Shown here: positions 1-12,000 of the stretch, piece after piece
Layout of the letters: every line of letters starts with the position of its first letter
Numbering within the stretch: position 1 is the stretch's first letter
Assembly (NCBI GenBank): GCA_964016885.1
Contig: OZ024741.1
Coordinates: forward strand, 415,152,001 to 415,216,000
Direction of reading: 5' to 3'
From: Eledone cirrhosa
Lineage: Eukaryota
Length of the DNA stretch: 64,000 nt
Translations under genes and position numbers: made by a program
The notes under the pieces: model-generated
Database searches by the model: none
What the model was told of the DNA's origin: nothing
The model's input: the letters and a program-made list of their open reading frames with translations, nothing else

Positions 1-3000
1 GTATCTGGTCAGAATTCTCTCACTTCTTTCTGTTCAAACCAGCTGTATGTGACCAGAATTCCCTCACCTCTTTCTGTTCAAACCAGCTGTATCTGCCCAG
101 AATTCCCTCACCTCTTTCTGTTCACAACAGCTGTATCTGCCCAGAATTCCCTCACTTCTTTCTGTTCAAACCAGCTGTATCTGCCCAGAATTCTCTCACC
201 TGTTTATGTTCAAACCAGCTGTATCTGGTCAGAATTCTCTCACTTCTTTCTGTTTAAACCAGCTGTATCTGGCCAGAATTCTCTCAATTTATTTCTGTTC
301 ACACCAGCTGTATCTGACCAGAATTCCCTCACCTCTTTCTGTTCAAACCAGCTGTATCTGACCAGAATTCTCTCACTTCTTTCTGTTCAAACCAGCTGTA
401 TCTGCCCAGAATTCCCTCACCTCTTTCTGTTCAAACCAGCCGTATCTGCCCAGAATTCTCTTACCTCTTTCTGTTCAAACCAGCTGTATCTGCCCAGAAT
501 TCCCTCACCTCTTTCTGTTCAAACCAGCTGTATCTGACCAGAATTCTCTCATCTGTTTCTGTTCAAACCAGCTGTATCTGGCCAGAATTTTCTCACTTCT
601 TTCTGTTCAAACCAGCTGTGTCTGACCAGAATTCTCTCACTTCTTTCTGTTCAAACCAGCTGTATCTGCCCAGAAATCCCTCACCTCTTTAGGTTCAAAC
701 CAGCTGTATCTGCCCAGAATTCTCTCACCTCATTCTGTTCAAACCAGCTGTATCTGTCCAGAATTCCCTCACCTCTTTCTGTTCAAACCAGCCGTATCTG
801 CCCAGAATTCCCTCACCTCTTTCTTTTTAAACCAGCTGTATCTGACCACAATTCTCTCACTTCTTTCTGTTCAAACCAGCTGTATCTGGTCAGAATTCTC
901 TCACTTATTTCCGTTTAAACCAGCTGTATCTCGCCAGATTTCTCTCACTTCTTTTTATTCAAACCAGCTGTATCTGCCCAGAATTCCTTCTCCTCTTTCT
1001 GTTCAAACCAGCTGTATCTGACCAGAATTCCCTCTCCTCTTTCTGTTTAAACCATCTGTATCTGCCCAGAATTCTGTCACTTCTTTCTGTTCAAACCAGC
1101 TGTATCTGCCCAGAATTCCCTCACCTCTTTCTGTTTAAACCTTCTGTATATGCCCAGAATGTTCTCACCTCTTTCTGTTCAAAGCAGCTGTATCTGCCCA
1201 GAATTCCCTCACTTCTTTCTGTTCAAACCAGCTGTATCTGCCCAGAATTCCCTCACCTCTTTCTGTTCAAACCAGCTGTATCTGGCCAGAATTCCCTTAC
1301 CTCTTTCCGTTCAAATCATCTGTATCTGCCCAGAATTCTCTCACTTCTTTCTGTTCAAACTAGCTGTATCTGACCAGAATTCTCTCACTTCATTCTGTTC
1401 AAACCAGCTGTATCTGACCAGAATTCTCTCACCTCTTTCTGTTCAAACCAGCTGTATCTGCCCAGAATTCCCTCACTTCTTTCTGTTCAAACCAGCTGTA
1501 TCTGCCCAGAAATCCCTCACCTCTTTCTGTTCAAACCAGCTGTATCTGCCCAGAATTCTCTCACCTCATTCTGTTCAAACCAGCTGTATCTGCCCAGAAT
1601 TCCCTCACCTCTTTCTTTTCAAACCAGCTGTATCTGACCAGAATTCTCTCACTTCTTTCTGTTAAAACCAGCTGTATCTGGCCAGAATTCTCTCACTTCT
1701 TTCTGTTCAAACCAGCTGTATCTGACCAGAATTCTCTCACCTCTTTCTGTTCAAACCAGCAGTATCTGCCCAGAATTCTCTCACCTCTTTCTATTCAAAC
1801 CAGCTGTATCTGGCCAGAATTCTCTCACTTCTTTCTGTTTAAACCAGCTGTATCTGGCCAGAATTCTCTCACCTCTTTCTGTTCAAACCAGCCGTATCTG
1901 CCCAGAATTCCCTCACCTCATTCTGTTCAAACCATCTGTATCTGACCAGAATTCCCTCTCCTCTTTCTGTTTAAACCATCTGTATCTGCCCAGAATTCTG
2001 TCACTTCTTTCTGTTCAAACCAGCTGTATCTGCCCAGAATTCCCTCACCTCTTTCTGTTTACACCTTCTGTATATGCCCAGAATTTTCTCACCTCTTTCT
2101 GTTCAAAGCAGCTGTATCTGCCCAGAATTCCCTCACTTCTTCCTGTTTAAACCAGCTGTATCTGCCCAGAATTCCCTCACCTCTTTCTGTTCAAACCAGC
2201 TGTATCTGGCCAGAATTCCCTCACCTCTTTCTGTTCAAATCATCTGTATCTGCCCAGAATTCTCTCACTTCTTTCTGTTCAAACCAGCGATATCTGCCCA
2301 GAATTCCCTCACCTCTTTCTGTTCAAACCAGCTGTATCTGACCAGAATTCTCTCACTTCATTCTGTTCAAACCAGCTGTATCTGACCAGAATTCTCTCAC
2401 CTCTTTCTTTTCAAACCAGCTGTATCTGCCCAGAATTCTCTCACCTGTTTCTGTTCAAATCAGCTGCATCTGGTCAGAATTCTCTCACTTCTTTCTGTTT
2501 AAACCAGCTGTATCTGGTCAGAATTCTTTCACTTCTTTCTGTTCAAACCAGCTGTATCTGACCAGAATTCCCTCACCTCTTTCTGTTCAAACCAGCTGTT
2601 TCTGCCCAGAATTCCCTCACTTCTTTCTGTTCAAACCAGCTGTATCTGCCCAGACTTCCCTCACCTCTTTCTGTTCACAACAGCTGTATCTGCCCAGAAT
2701 TCCCTCACTTCTTTCTGTTCAAACCAGCTGTATCTGCCCAGAATTCTCTCACCTGTTTATGTTCAAACCAGCTGTATCTGGTCAGAATTCTCTCACTTCT
2801 TTCTGTTTAAACCAGCTGTATCTGGCCAGAATTCTCTCAATTTATTTCTGTTCACACCAGCTGTATCTGACCAGAATTCCCTCACCTCTTTCTGTTCAAA
2901 CCAGCTGTATCTGACCAGAATTCTCTCACTTCTTTCTGTTCAAACCAGCTGTATCTGCCCAGAATTCCCTCACCTCTTTCTGTTCAAACCAGCCGTATCT

Positions 3001-6000
3001 GCCCAGAATTCTCTTACCTCTTTCTGTTCAAACTAGCTGTATCTGCCCAGAATTCCCTCACCTCTTTCTGTTCAAACCAGCTGTATCTGACCAGAATTCT
3101 CTCACCTGTTTCTGTTCAAACCAGCTTTATCTGGCCAGAATTTTCTCACTTCTTTCTGTTCAAACCAGCTGTGTCTGACCAGAATTCTCTCACTTCTTTC
3201 TGTTCAAACCATCTGTATCTGACCAGAAGTCCCTCTCCTCTTTCTGTTTAAACCATCTGTATCTGCCCAGAATTCTGTCACTTCTTTCTGTTCAAACCAG
3301 CTGTATCTGACCAGAATTCTCTCACTTCATTCTGTTCAACCCAGCTGTATCTGACCAGAATTCTCTCACCTCTTTCTGTTCAAACCAGCTGTATCTGCCC
3401 AGAATTTCCTCACTTATTTCTGTTCAAACCAGCTGTATCTGCCCAGAAATCCCTCACCTCTTTCTGTTTAAACCAGCTGTATCTGGCCAGAATTCCCTCA
3501 CTTCTTTCTGTTTAAACCTTCTGTATATGCCCACAATTTTCTCACCTCTTTCTGTTCAAACCAGCTGTATCTGACCAGAATTCTCTCACCTATTTCTGTT
3601 TAAACCAGCCATATCTGCCCAGAATTCCCTCACCTCTTTCTGTTCAAACCAGCTGTATCTGACCAGAATTCTCTCACTTCTTTCTTTTCAAACCAGCTGT
3701 ATCTGCCCAGAATTCTCTCACCTCTTTCTGTTCAAACCAGCTGTGTCTGCCCAGAATTCCCTCACCTCTTTTTGTTCAAACCAGCTCTATCTGACCAGCA
3801 TTCCCTCACCTCTTTCTGTTCAAACCAGCTGTATCTGGCCAGAATTCTCTTACCTCTTTCTGTTCAAACCAGCTGTATCTGCCCAGAATTCCCTCACTTC
3901 TTTCTGTTCAAACCAGCTGTATCTGCCCAGAGTTCCCTCACCTCTTTCTGTTCAAACCAGCTCTATTAGACCAGCATTCCCTCACCTCTTTCTGTTCAAA
4001 CCAGCTGTATCTGGCCAGAATTCCCTCACCTCTTTCTGTTTAAACCAGCTGTATCTGGCCAGAATTCTCTCACTTGTTTCTGTTCAAACCAGCTGTATCT
4101 GGTCAGAATTCTCTCACTTATTTCCGTTTAAACCAGCTGTATCTGGCCAGATTTCTCTCACTTCTTTTTATTCAAACCAGCTGTATATGACCAGAATTCT
4201 CTCACTTCTTTCTGTTCAAACCAGCTGTATCTGCCCAGAATTCCTTCTCCTCTTTCTGTTCAAACCAGCTGTATCTGACCAGAATTCCCTCTCCTCTTTC
4301 TGTTTAAACCATCTGTATCTGCCCAGAATTCTGTCACTTCTTTCTGTTCAAACCAGCTGTATCTGCCCAGAATTCCCTCACCGCTTTCTGTTCAAACCAG
4401 CTGTATCTGCCCAGAATTCCCTCACCTCTTTCTGTTTAAACCTTCTGTATATGCCCAGAATGTTCTCACCTCTTTCTGTTCAAAGCAGCTGTATCTGCCC
4501 AGAATTCCCTCACTTCTTTCTGTTCAAACCAGCTGTATCTGACCAGAATTCCCTCACCTCTTTCTGTTTACACCTTCTGTATATGCCCAGAACTTTCTCA
4601 CCTCTTTCTGTTCAAAGCAGCTGTATCTGCCCAGAATTCCCTCACTTCTTTCTGTTCAAACCAGCTGTATCTGCCCAGAATTCCCTCACCTCTTTCTGTT
4701 CAAACCAGCTGTATCTGGCCAGAATTCCCTCACCTCTTTCTGTTCAAATCATCTGTATCTGCCCAGAATTCTCTCACCTCTTTCTGTTCAAACCAGCTGT
4801 ATCTGACCAGAATTCTCTCACTTCATTCTGTTCAAACCAGCTGTATCTGACCAGAATTCTCTCACCTCTTTCTGTTCAAACCAGCTGTATCTGACCAGAA
4901 TTCTCTCACCTCTTTCTTTTCAAACCAGCTGTATCTGCCCAGAATTCTCTCACCTGTTTCTGTTCAAATCAGCTGCATCTGGTCAGAATTCTCTCACTTC
5001 TTTCTGTTTAAACCAGCTGTATCTGGTCAGAATTCTCTCACTTCTTTCTGTTCAAACCAGCTGTATCTGACCAGAATTCCCTCACCTCTTTCTGTTCAAA
5101 CCAGCTGTATCTGCCCAGAATTCCCTCACTCTTTCTGTTCACAACAGCTGTATCTGCCCAGAATTCCCTCACTTCTTTCTGTTCAAACCAGCTGTATCTG
5201 CCCAGAATTCTCTCACCTGTTTATGTTCAAACCAGCTGTATCTGGTCAGAATTCTCTCACTTCTTTCTGTTTAAACCAGCTGTATCTGGCCAGAATTCTC
5301 TCAATTTATTTCTGTTCACACCAGCTGTATCTGACCAGAATTCCCTCACCTCTTTCTGTTCAAACCAGCTGTATCTGACCAGAATTCCCTCACTTCTTTC
5401 TGTTCAAACCAGCTGTATCTGCCCAGAATTCCCTCACCTCTTTCTGTTCAAACCAGCCGTATCTGCCCAGAATTCTCTTACCTCTTTCTGTTCAAACCAG
5501 CTGTATCTGCCCAGAATTCCCTCACCTCTTTCTGTTGAAACCAGCTGTTTCTGCCCGAATTCCCTCACTTCTTTCTGTTCAAACCAGCTGTATCTGCCCA
5601 GAATTCCCTCACCTCTTTCTGTTCACAACAGCTGTATCTGCCCAGAATTCCCTCACTTCTTTCTGTTCAAACCAGCTGTATCTGCCCAGAATTCTCTCAC
5701 CTGTTTATGTTCAAACCAGCTGTATCTGGTCAGAATTCTCTCACTTCTTTCTGTTTAAACCAGCTGTATCTGGCCAGAATTCTCTCAATTTATTTCTGTT
5801 CACACCAGCTGTATCTGACCAGAATTCCCTCACCTCTTTCTGTTCAAACCAGCTGTATCTGACCAGAATTCTCTCACTTCTTTCTGTTCAAACCAGCTGT
5901 ATCTGCCCAGAATTCCCTCACCTCTTTCTGTTCAAACCAGCCGTATCTGCCCAGAATTCTCTTACCTCTTTCTGTTCAAACCAGCTGTATCTGCCCAGAA

Positions 6001-9000
6001 TTCCCTCACCTCTTTCTGTTCAAACCAGCTGTATCTGACCAGAATTCTCTCACCTGTTTCTGTTCAAACCAGCTTTATCTGGCCAGAATTTTCTCACTTC
6101 TTTCTGTTCAAACCAGCTGTGTCTGACCAGAATTCTCTCACTTCTTTCTGTTCAAACCATCTGTATCTGACCAGAATTCCCTCTCCTCTTTCTGTTTAAA
6201 CCATCTGTATCTGCCCAGAATTCTGTCACTTCTTTCTGTTCAAACCAGCTGTATCTGACCAGAATTCTCTCACTTCATTCTGTTCAACCCAGCTGTATCT
6301 GACCAGAATTCTCTCACCTCTTTCTGTTCAAACCAGCTGTATCTGCCCAGAATTTCCTCACTTATTTCTGTTCAAACCAGCTGTATCTGCCCAGAAATCC
6401 CTCACCTCTTTCTGTTTAAACCAGCTGTATCTGGCCAGAATTCCCTCACTTCTTTCTGTTTAAACTTTCTGTATATGCCCACAATTTTCTCACCTCTTTC
6501 TGTTCAAACCAGCTGTATCTGACCAGAATTCTCTCACCTATTTCTGTTCAAACCAGCCATATCTGCCCAGAATTCCCTCACCTCTTTCTGTTCAAACCAG
6601 CTGTATCTGACCAGAATTCTCTCACTTCTTTCTTTTCAAACCAGCTGTATCTGCCCAGAATTCTCTCACCTCTTTCTGTTCAAACCAGCTGTGTCTGCCC
6701 AGAATTCCCTCACCTCTTTTTTGTTCAAACCAGCTCTATCTGACCAGCATTCCCTCACCTCTTTCTGTTCAAACCAGCTGTATCTGGCCAGAATTCTCTT
6801 ACCTCTTTCTGTTCAAACCAGCTGTATCTGCCCAGAATTCCCTCACTTCTTTCTGTTCAAACCAGCTGTATCTGCCCAGAGTTCCCTCACATCTTTCTGT
6901 TCAAACCAGCTCTATTAGACCAGCATTCCCTCACCTCTTTCTGTTCAAACCAGCTGTATCTGGCCAGAATTCCCTCACCTCTTTCTGTTTAAACCAGCTG
7001 TATCTGGCCAGAATTCTCTCACTTGTTTCTGTTCAAACCAGCTGTATCTGGTCAGAATTCTCTCACTTATTTCCGTTTAAACCAGCTGTATCTGGCCAGA
7101 TTTCTCTCACTTCTTTTTATTCAAACCAGCTATATATGACCAGAATTCTCTCACTTCTTTCTGTTCAAACCAGCTGTATCTGCCCAGAATTCCTTCTCCT
7201 CTTTCTGTTCAAACCAGCTGTATCTGACCAGAATTCCCTCTCCTCTTTCTGTTTAAACCATCTGTATCTGCCCAGAATTCTGTCACTTCTTTCTGTTCAA
7301 ACCAGCTGTATCTGCCCAGAATTCCCTCACCGCTTTCTGTTCAAACCAGCTGTATCTGCCCAGAATTCCCTTACCTCTTTCTGTTTAAACCTTCTGTATA
7401 TGCCCAGAATGTTCTCACCTCTTTCTGTTCAAAGCAGCTGTATCTGCCCAGAATTCCCTCACTTCTTTCTGTTCAAACCAGCTGTATCTGCCCAGAATTC
7501 CCTCACCTCTTTCTGTTCAAACCAGCTGTATCTGGCCAGAATTCCCTCACCTCTTTCCGTTCAAATCATCTGTATCTGCCCAGAATTCTCTCACTTCTTT
7601 CTGTTCAAACCAGCTGTATCTGACCAGAATTCCCTCACCTCTTTCTGTTTACACCTTCTGTATATGCCCAGAATTTTCTCACCTCTTTCTGTTCAAAGCA
7701 GCTGTATCTGCCCAGAATTCCCTCACTTCTTTCTGTTCAAACCAGCTGTATCTGCCCAGAATTCCCTCACCTCTTTCTGTTCAAACCAGCTGTATCTGGC
7801 CAGAATTCCCTCACCTCTTTCTGTTCAAATCATCTGTATCTGCCCAGAATTCTCTCACTTCTTTCTGTTCAAACCAGCGATATCTGCCCAGAATTCCCTC
7901 ACCTCTTTCTGTTCAAACCAGCTGTATCTGACCAGAATTCTCTCACTTCATTCTGTTCAAACCAGCTGTATCTGACCAGAATTCTCTCACCTCTTTCTGT
8001 TCAAACCAGCTGTATCTGACCAGAATTCTCTCACCTCTTTCTTTTCAAACCAGCTGTATCTGCCCAGAATTCTCTCACCTGTTTCTGTTCAAATCAGCTG
8101 CATCTGGTCAGAATTCTCTCACTTCTTTCTGTTTAAACCAGCTGTATCTGGTCAGAATTCTCTCACTTCTTTCTGTTCAAACCAGCTGTATGTGACCAGA
8201 ATTCCCTCACCTCTTTCTGTTCAAACCAGCTGTATCTGCCCAGAATTCCCTCACCTCTTTCTGTTCACAACAGCTGTATCTGCCCAGAATTCCCTCACTT
8301 CTTTCTGTTCAAACCAGCTGTATCTGCCCAGAATTCTCTCACCTGTTTATGTTCAAACCAGCTGTATCTGGTCAGAATTCTCTCACTTCTTTCTGTTTAA
8401 ACCAGCTGTATCTGGCCAGAATTCTCTCAATTTATTTCTGTTCACACCAGCTGTATCTGACCAGAATTCCCTCACCTCTTTCTGTTCAAACCAGCTGTAT
8501 CTGACCAGAATTCTCTCACTTCTTTCTGTTCAAACCAGCTGTATCTGCCCAGAATTCCCTCACCTCTTTCTGTTCAAACCAGCCGTATCTGCCCAGAATT
8601 CTCTTACCTCTTTCTGTTCAAACCAGCTGTATCTGCCCAGAATTCCCTCACCTCTTTCTGTTCAAACCAGCTGTATCTGACCAGAATTCTCTCACCTGTT
8701 TCTGTTCAAACCAGCTGTATCTGGCCAGAATTTTCTCACTTCTTTCTGTTCAAACCAGCTGTATCTGCCCAGAAATCCCTCACCTCTTTAGGTTCAAACC
8801 AGCTGTATCTGCCCAGAATTCTCTCACCTCATTCTGTTCAAACCAGCTGTATCTGTCCAGAATTCCCTCACCTCTTTCTGTTCAAACCAGCCGTATCTGC
8901 CCAGAATTCCCTCACCTCTTTCTGTTGAAACCAGCTGTTTCTGCCCGAATTCCCTCACTTCTTTCTGTTCAAACCAGCTGTATCTGCCCAGAATTCCCTC

Positions 9001-12000
9001 ACCTCTTTCTGTTCACAACAGCTGTATCTGCCCAGAATTCCCTCACTTCTTTCTGTTCAAACCAGCTGTATCTTCCCAGAATTCTCTCACCTGTTTATGT
9101 TCAAACCAGCTGTATCTGGTCAGAATTCTCTCACTTCTTTCTGTTTAAACCAGCTGTATCTGGCCAGAATTCTCTCAATTTATTTCTGTTCACACCAGCT
9201 GTATCTGACCAGAATTCCCTCACCTCTTTCTGTTCAAACCAGCTGTATCTGACCAGAATTCTCTCACTTCTTTCTGTTCAAACCAGCTGTATCTGCCCAG
9301 AATTCCCTAACCTCTTTCTGTTCAAACCAGCCGTATCTGCCCAGAATTCTCTTACCTCTTTCTGTTGAAACCAGCTGTATCTGCCCAGAATTCCCTCACC
9401 TCTTTCTGTTCAAACCAGCTGTATCTGACCAGAATTCTCTCACCTGTTTCTGTTCAAACCAGCTTTATCTGGCCAGAATTTTCTCACTTCTTTCTGTTCA
9501 AACCAGCTGTGTCTGACCAGAATTCTCTCACTTCTTTCTGTTCAAACCATCTGTATCTGACCAGAATTCCCTCTCCTCTTTCTGTTTAAACCATCTGTAT
9601 CTGCCCAGAATTCTGTCACTTCTTTCTGTTCAAACCAGCTGTATCTGACCAGAATTCTCTCACTTCATTCTGTTCAACCCAGCTGTATCTGACCAGAATT
9701 CTCTCACCTCTTTCTGTTCAAACCAGCTGTATCTGCCCAGAATTTCCTCACTTATTTCTGTTCAAACCAGCTGTATCTGCCCAGAAATCCCTCACCTCTT
9801 TCTGTTTAAACCAGCTGTATCTGGCCAGAATTCCCTCACTTCTTTCTGTTTAAACCTTCTGTATATGCCCACAATTTTCTCACCTCTTTCTGTTCAAACC
9901 AGCTGTATCTGACCAGAATTCTCTCACCTATTTCTGTTCAAACCAGCCATATCTGCCCAGAATTCCCTCACCTCTTTCTGTTCAAACCAGCTGTATCTGA
10001 CCAGAATTCTCTCACTTCTTTCTTTTCAAACCAGCTGTATCTGCCCAGAATTCTCTCACCTCTTTCTGTTCAAACCAGCTGTGTCTGCCCAGAATTCCCT
10101 CACCTCTTTTTTGTTCAAACCAGCTCTCTCTGACCAGCATTCCCTCACCTCTTTCTGTTCAAACCAGCTGTATCTGGCCAGAATTCTCTTACCTCTTTCT
10201 GTTCAAACCAGCTGTATCTGCCCAGAATTCCCTCACTTCTTTCTGTTCAAACCAGCTGTATCTGCCCAGAGTTCCCTCACCTCTTTCTGTTCAAACCAGC
10301 TCTATTAGACCAGCATTCCCTCACCTCTTTCTCTTCAAACCAGCTGTATCTGGCCAGAATTCCCTCACCTCTTTCTGTTTAAACCAGCTGTATCTGGCCA
10401 GAATTCTCTCACTTGTTTCTGTTCAAACCAGCTGTATCTGGTCAGAATTCTCTCACTTATTTCCGTTTAAACCAGCTGTATCTGGCCAGATTTCTCTCAC
10501 TTCTTTTTATTCAAACCAGCTTTATATGACCAGAATTCTCTCACTTCTTTCTGTTCAAACCAGCTGTATCTGCCCAGAATTCCTTCTCCTCTTTCTGTTC
10601 AAACCAGCTGTATCTGACCAGAATTCCCTCTCCTCTTTCTGTTTAAACCATCTGTATCTGCCCAGAATTCTGTCACTTCTTTCTGTTCAAACCAGCTGTA
10701 TCTGCCCAGAATTCCCTCACCGCTTTCTGTTCAAACCAGCTGTATCTGCCCAGAATTCCCTTACCTCTTTCTGTTTAAACCTTCTGTATATGCCCAGAAT
10801 GTTCTCACCTCTTTCTGTTCAAAGCAGCTGTATCTGCCCAGAATTCCCTCACTTCTTTCTGTTCAAACCAGCTGTATCTGCCCAGAATTCCCTCACCTCT
10901 TTCTGTTCAAACCAGCTGTATCTGGCCAGAATTCCCTCACCTCTTTCCGTTCAAATCATCTGTATCTGCCCAGAATTCTCTCACTTCTTTCTGTTCAAAC
11001 CAGCTGTATCTGACCAGAATTCCCTCACCTCTTTCTGTTTACACCTTCTGTATATGCCCAGAATTTTCTCACCTCTTTCTGTTCAAAGCAGCTGTATCTG
11101 CCCAGAATTCCCTCACTTCTTTCTGTTCAAACCAGCTGTATCTGCCCAGAATTCCCTCACCTCTTTCTGTTCAAACCAGCTGTATCTGGCCAGAATTCCC
11201 TCACCTCTTTCTGTTCAAATCATCTGTATCTGCCCAGAATTCTCTCACTTCTTTCTGTTCAAACCAGCGATATCTGCCCAGAATTCCCTCACCTCTTTCT
11301 GTTCAAACCAGCTGTATCTGACCAGAATTCTCTCACTTCATTCTGTTCAAACCAGCTGTATCTGACCAGAATTCTCTCACCTCTTTCTGTTCAAACCAGC
11401 TGTATCTGACCAGAATTCTCTCACCTCTTTCTTTTCAAACCAGCTGTATCTGCCCAGAATTCTCTCACCTGTTTCTGTTCAAATCAGCTGCATCTGGTCA
11501 GAATTCTCTCACTTCTTTCTGTTTAAACCAGCTGTATCTGGTCAGAATTCTCTCACTTCTTTCTGTTCAAACCAGCTGTATGTGACCAGAATTCCCTCAC
11601 CTCTTTCTGTTCAAACCAGCTGTATCTGCCCAGAATTCCCTCACCTCTTTCTGTTCACAACAGCTGTATCTGCCCAGAATTCCCTCACTTCTTTCTGTTC
11701 AAACCAGCTGTATCTGCCCAGAATTCTCTCACCTGTTTATGTTCAAACCAGCTGTATCTGGTCAGAATTCTCTCACTTCTTTCTGTTTAAACCAGCTGTA
11801 TCTGGCCAGAATTCTCTCAATTTATTTCTGTTCACACCAGCTGTATCTGACCAGAATTCCCTCACCTCTTTCTGTTCAAACCAGCTGTATCTGACCAGAA
11901 TTCTCTCACTTCTTTCTGTTCAAACCAGCTGTATCTGCCCAGAATTCCCTCACCTCTTTCTGTTCAAACCAGCCGTATCTGCCCAGAATTCTCTTACCTC

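Noticed and set aside
12-55. Heat-shock elements (as in human Satellite III) or STAT sites
   Set aside because: GAATTC lacks the GAAnnTTC spacing. TTCCCAGAA was noticed only once (~9,073) as a point variant.
56-99. U12-type splice signals (GTATCTG vs GTATCCTT; TTCCCTCAC vs TTCCTTAAC)
   Set aside because: U12 signals are highly constrained, and both motifs mismatch at conserved positions.
56-101. Origin of the 44-mer from two ~22-bp halves
   Set aside because: Only a weak 8/12 match (TTTCTGTTCAAA vs TATCTGCCCAGA) at offset 19, which is not convincing.
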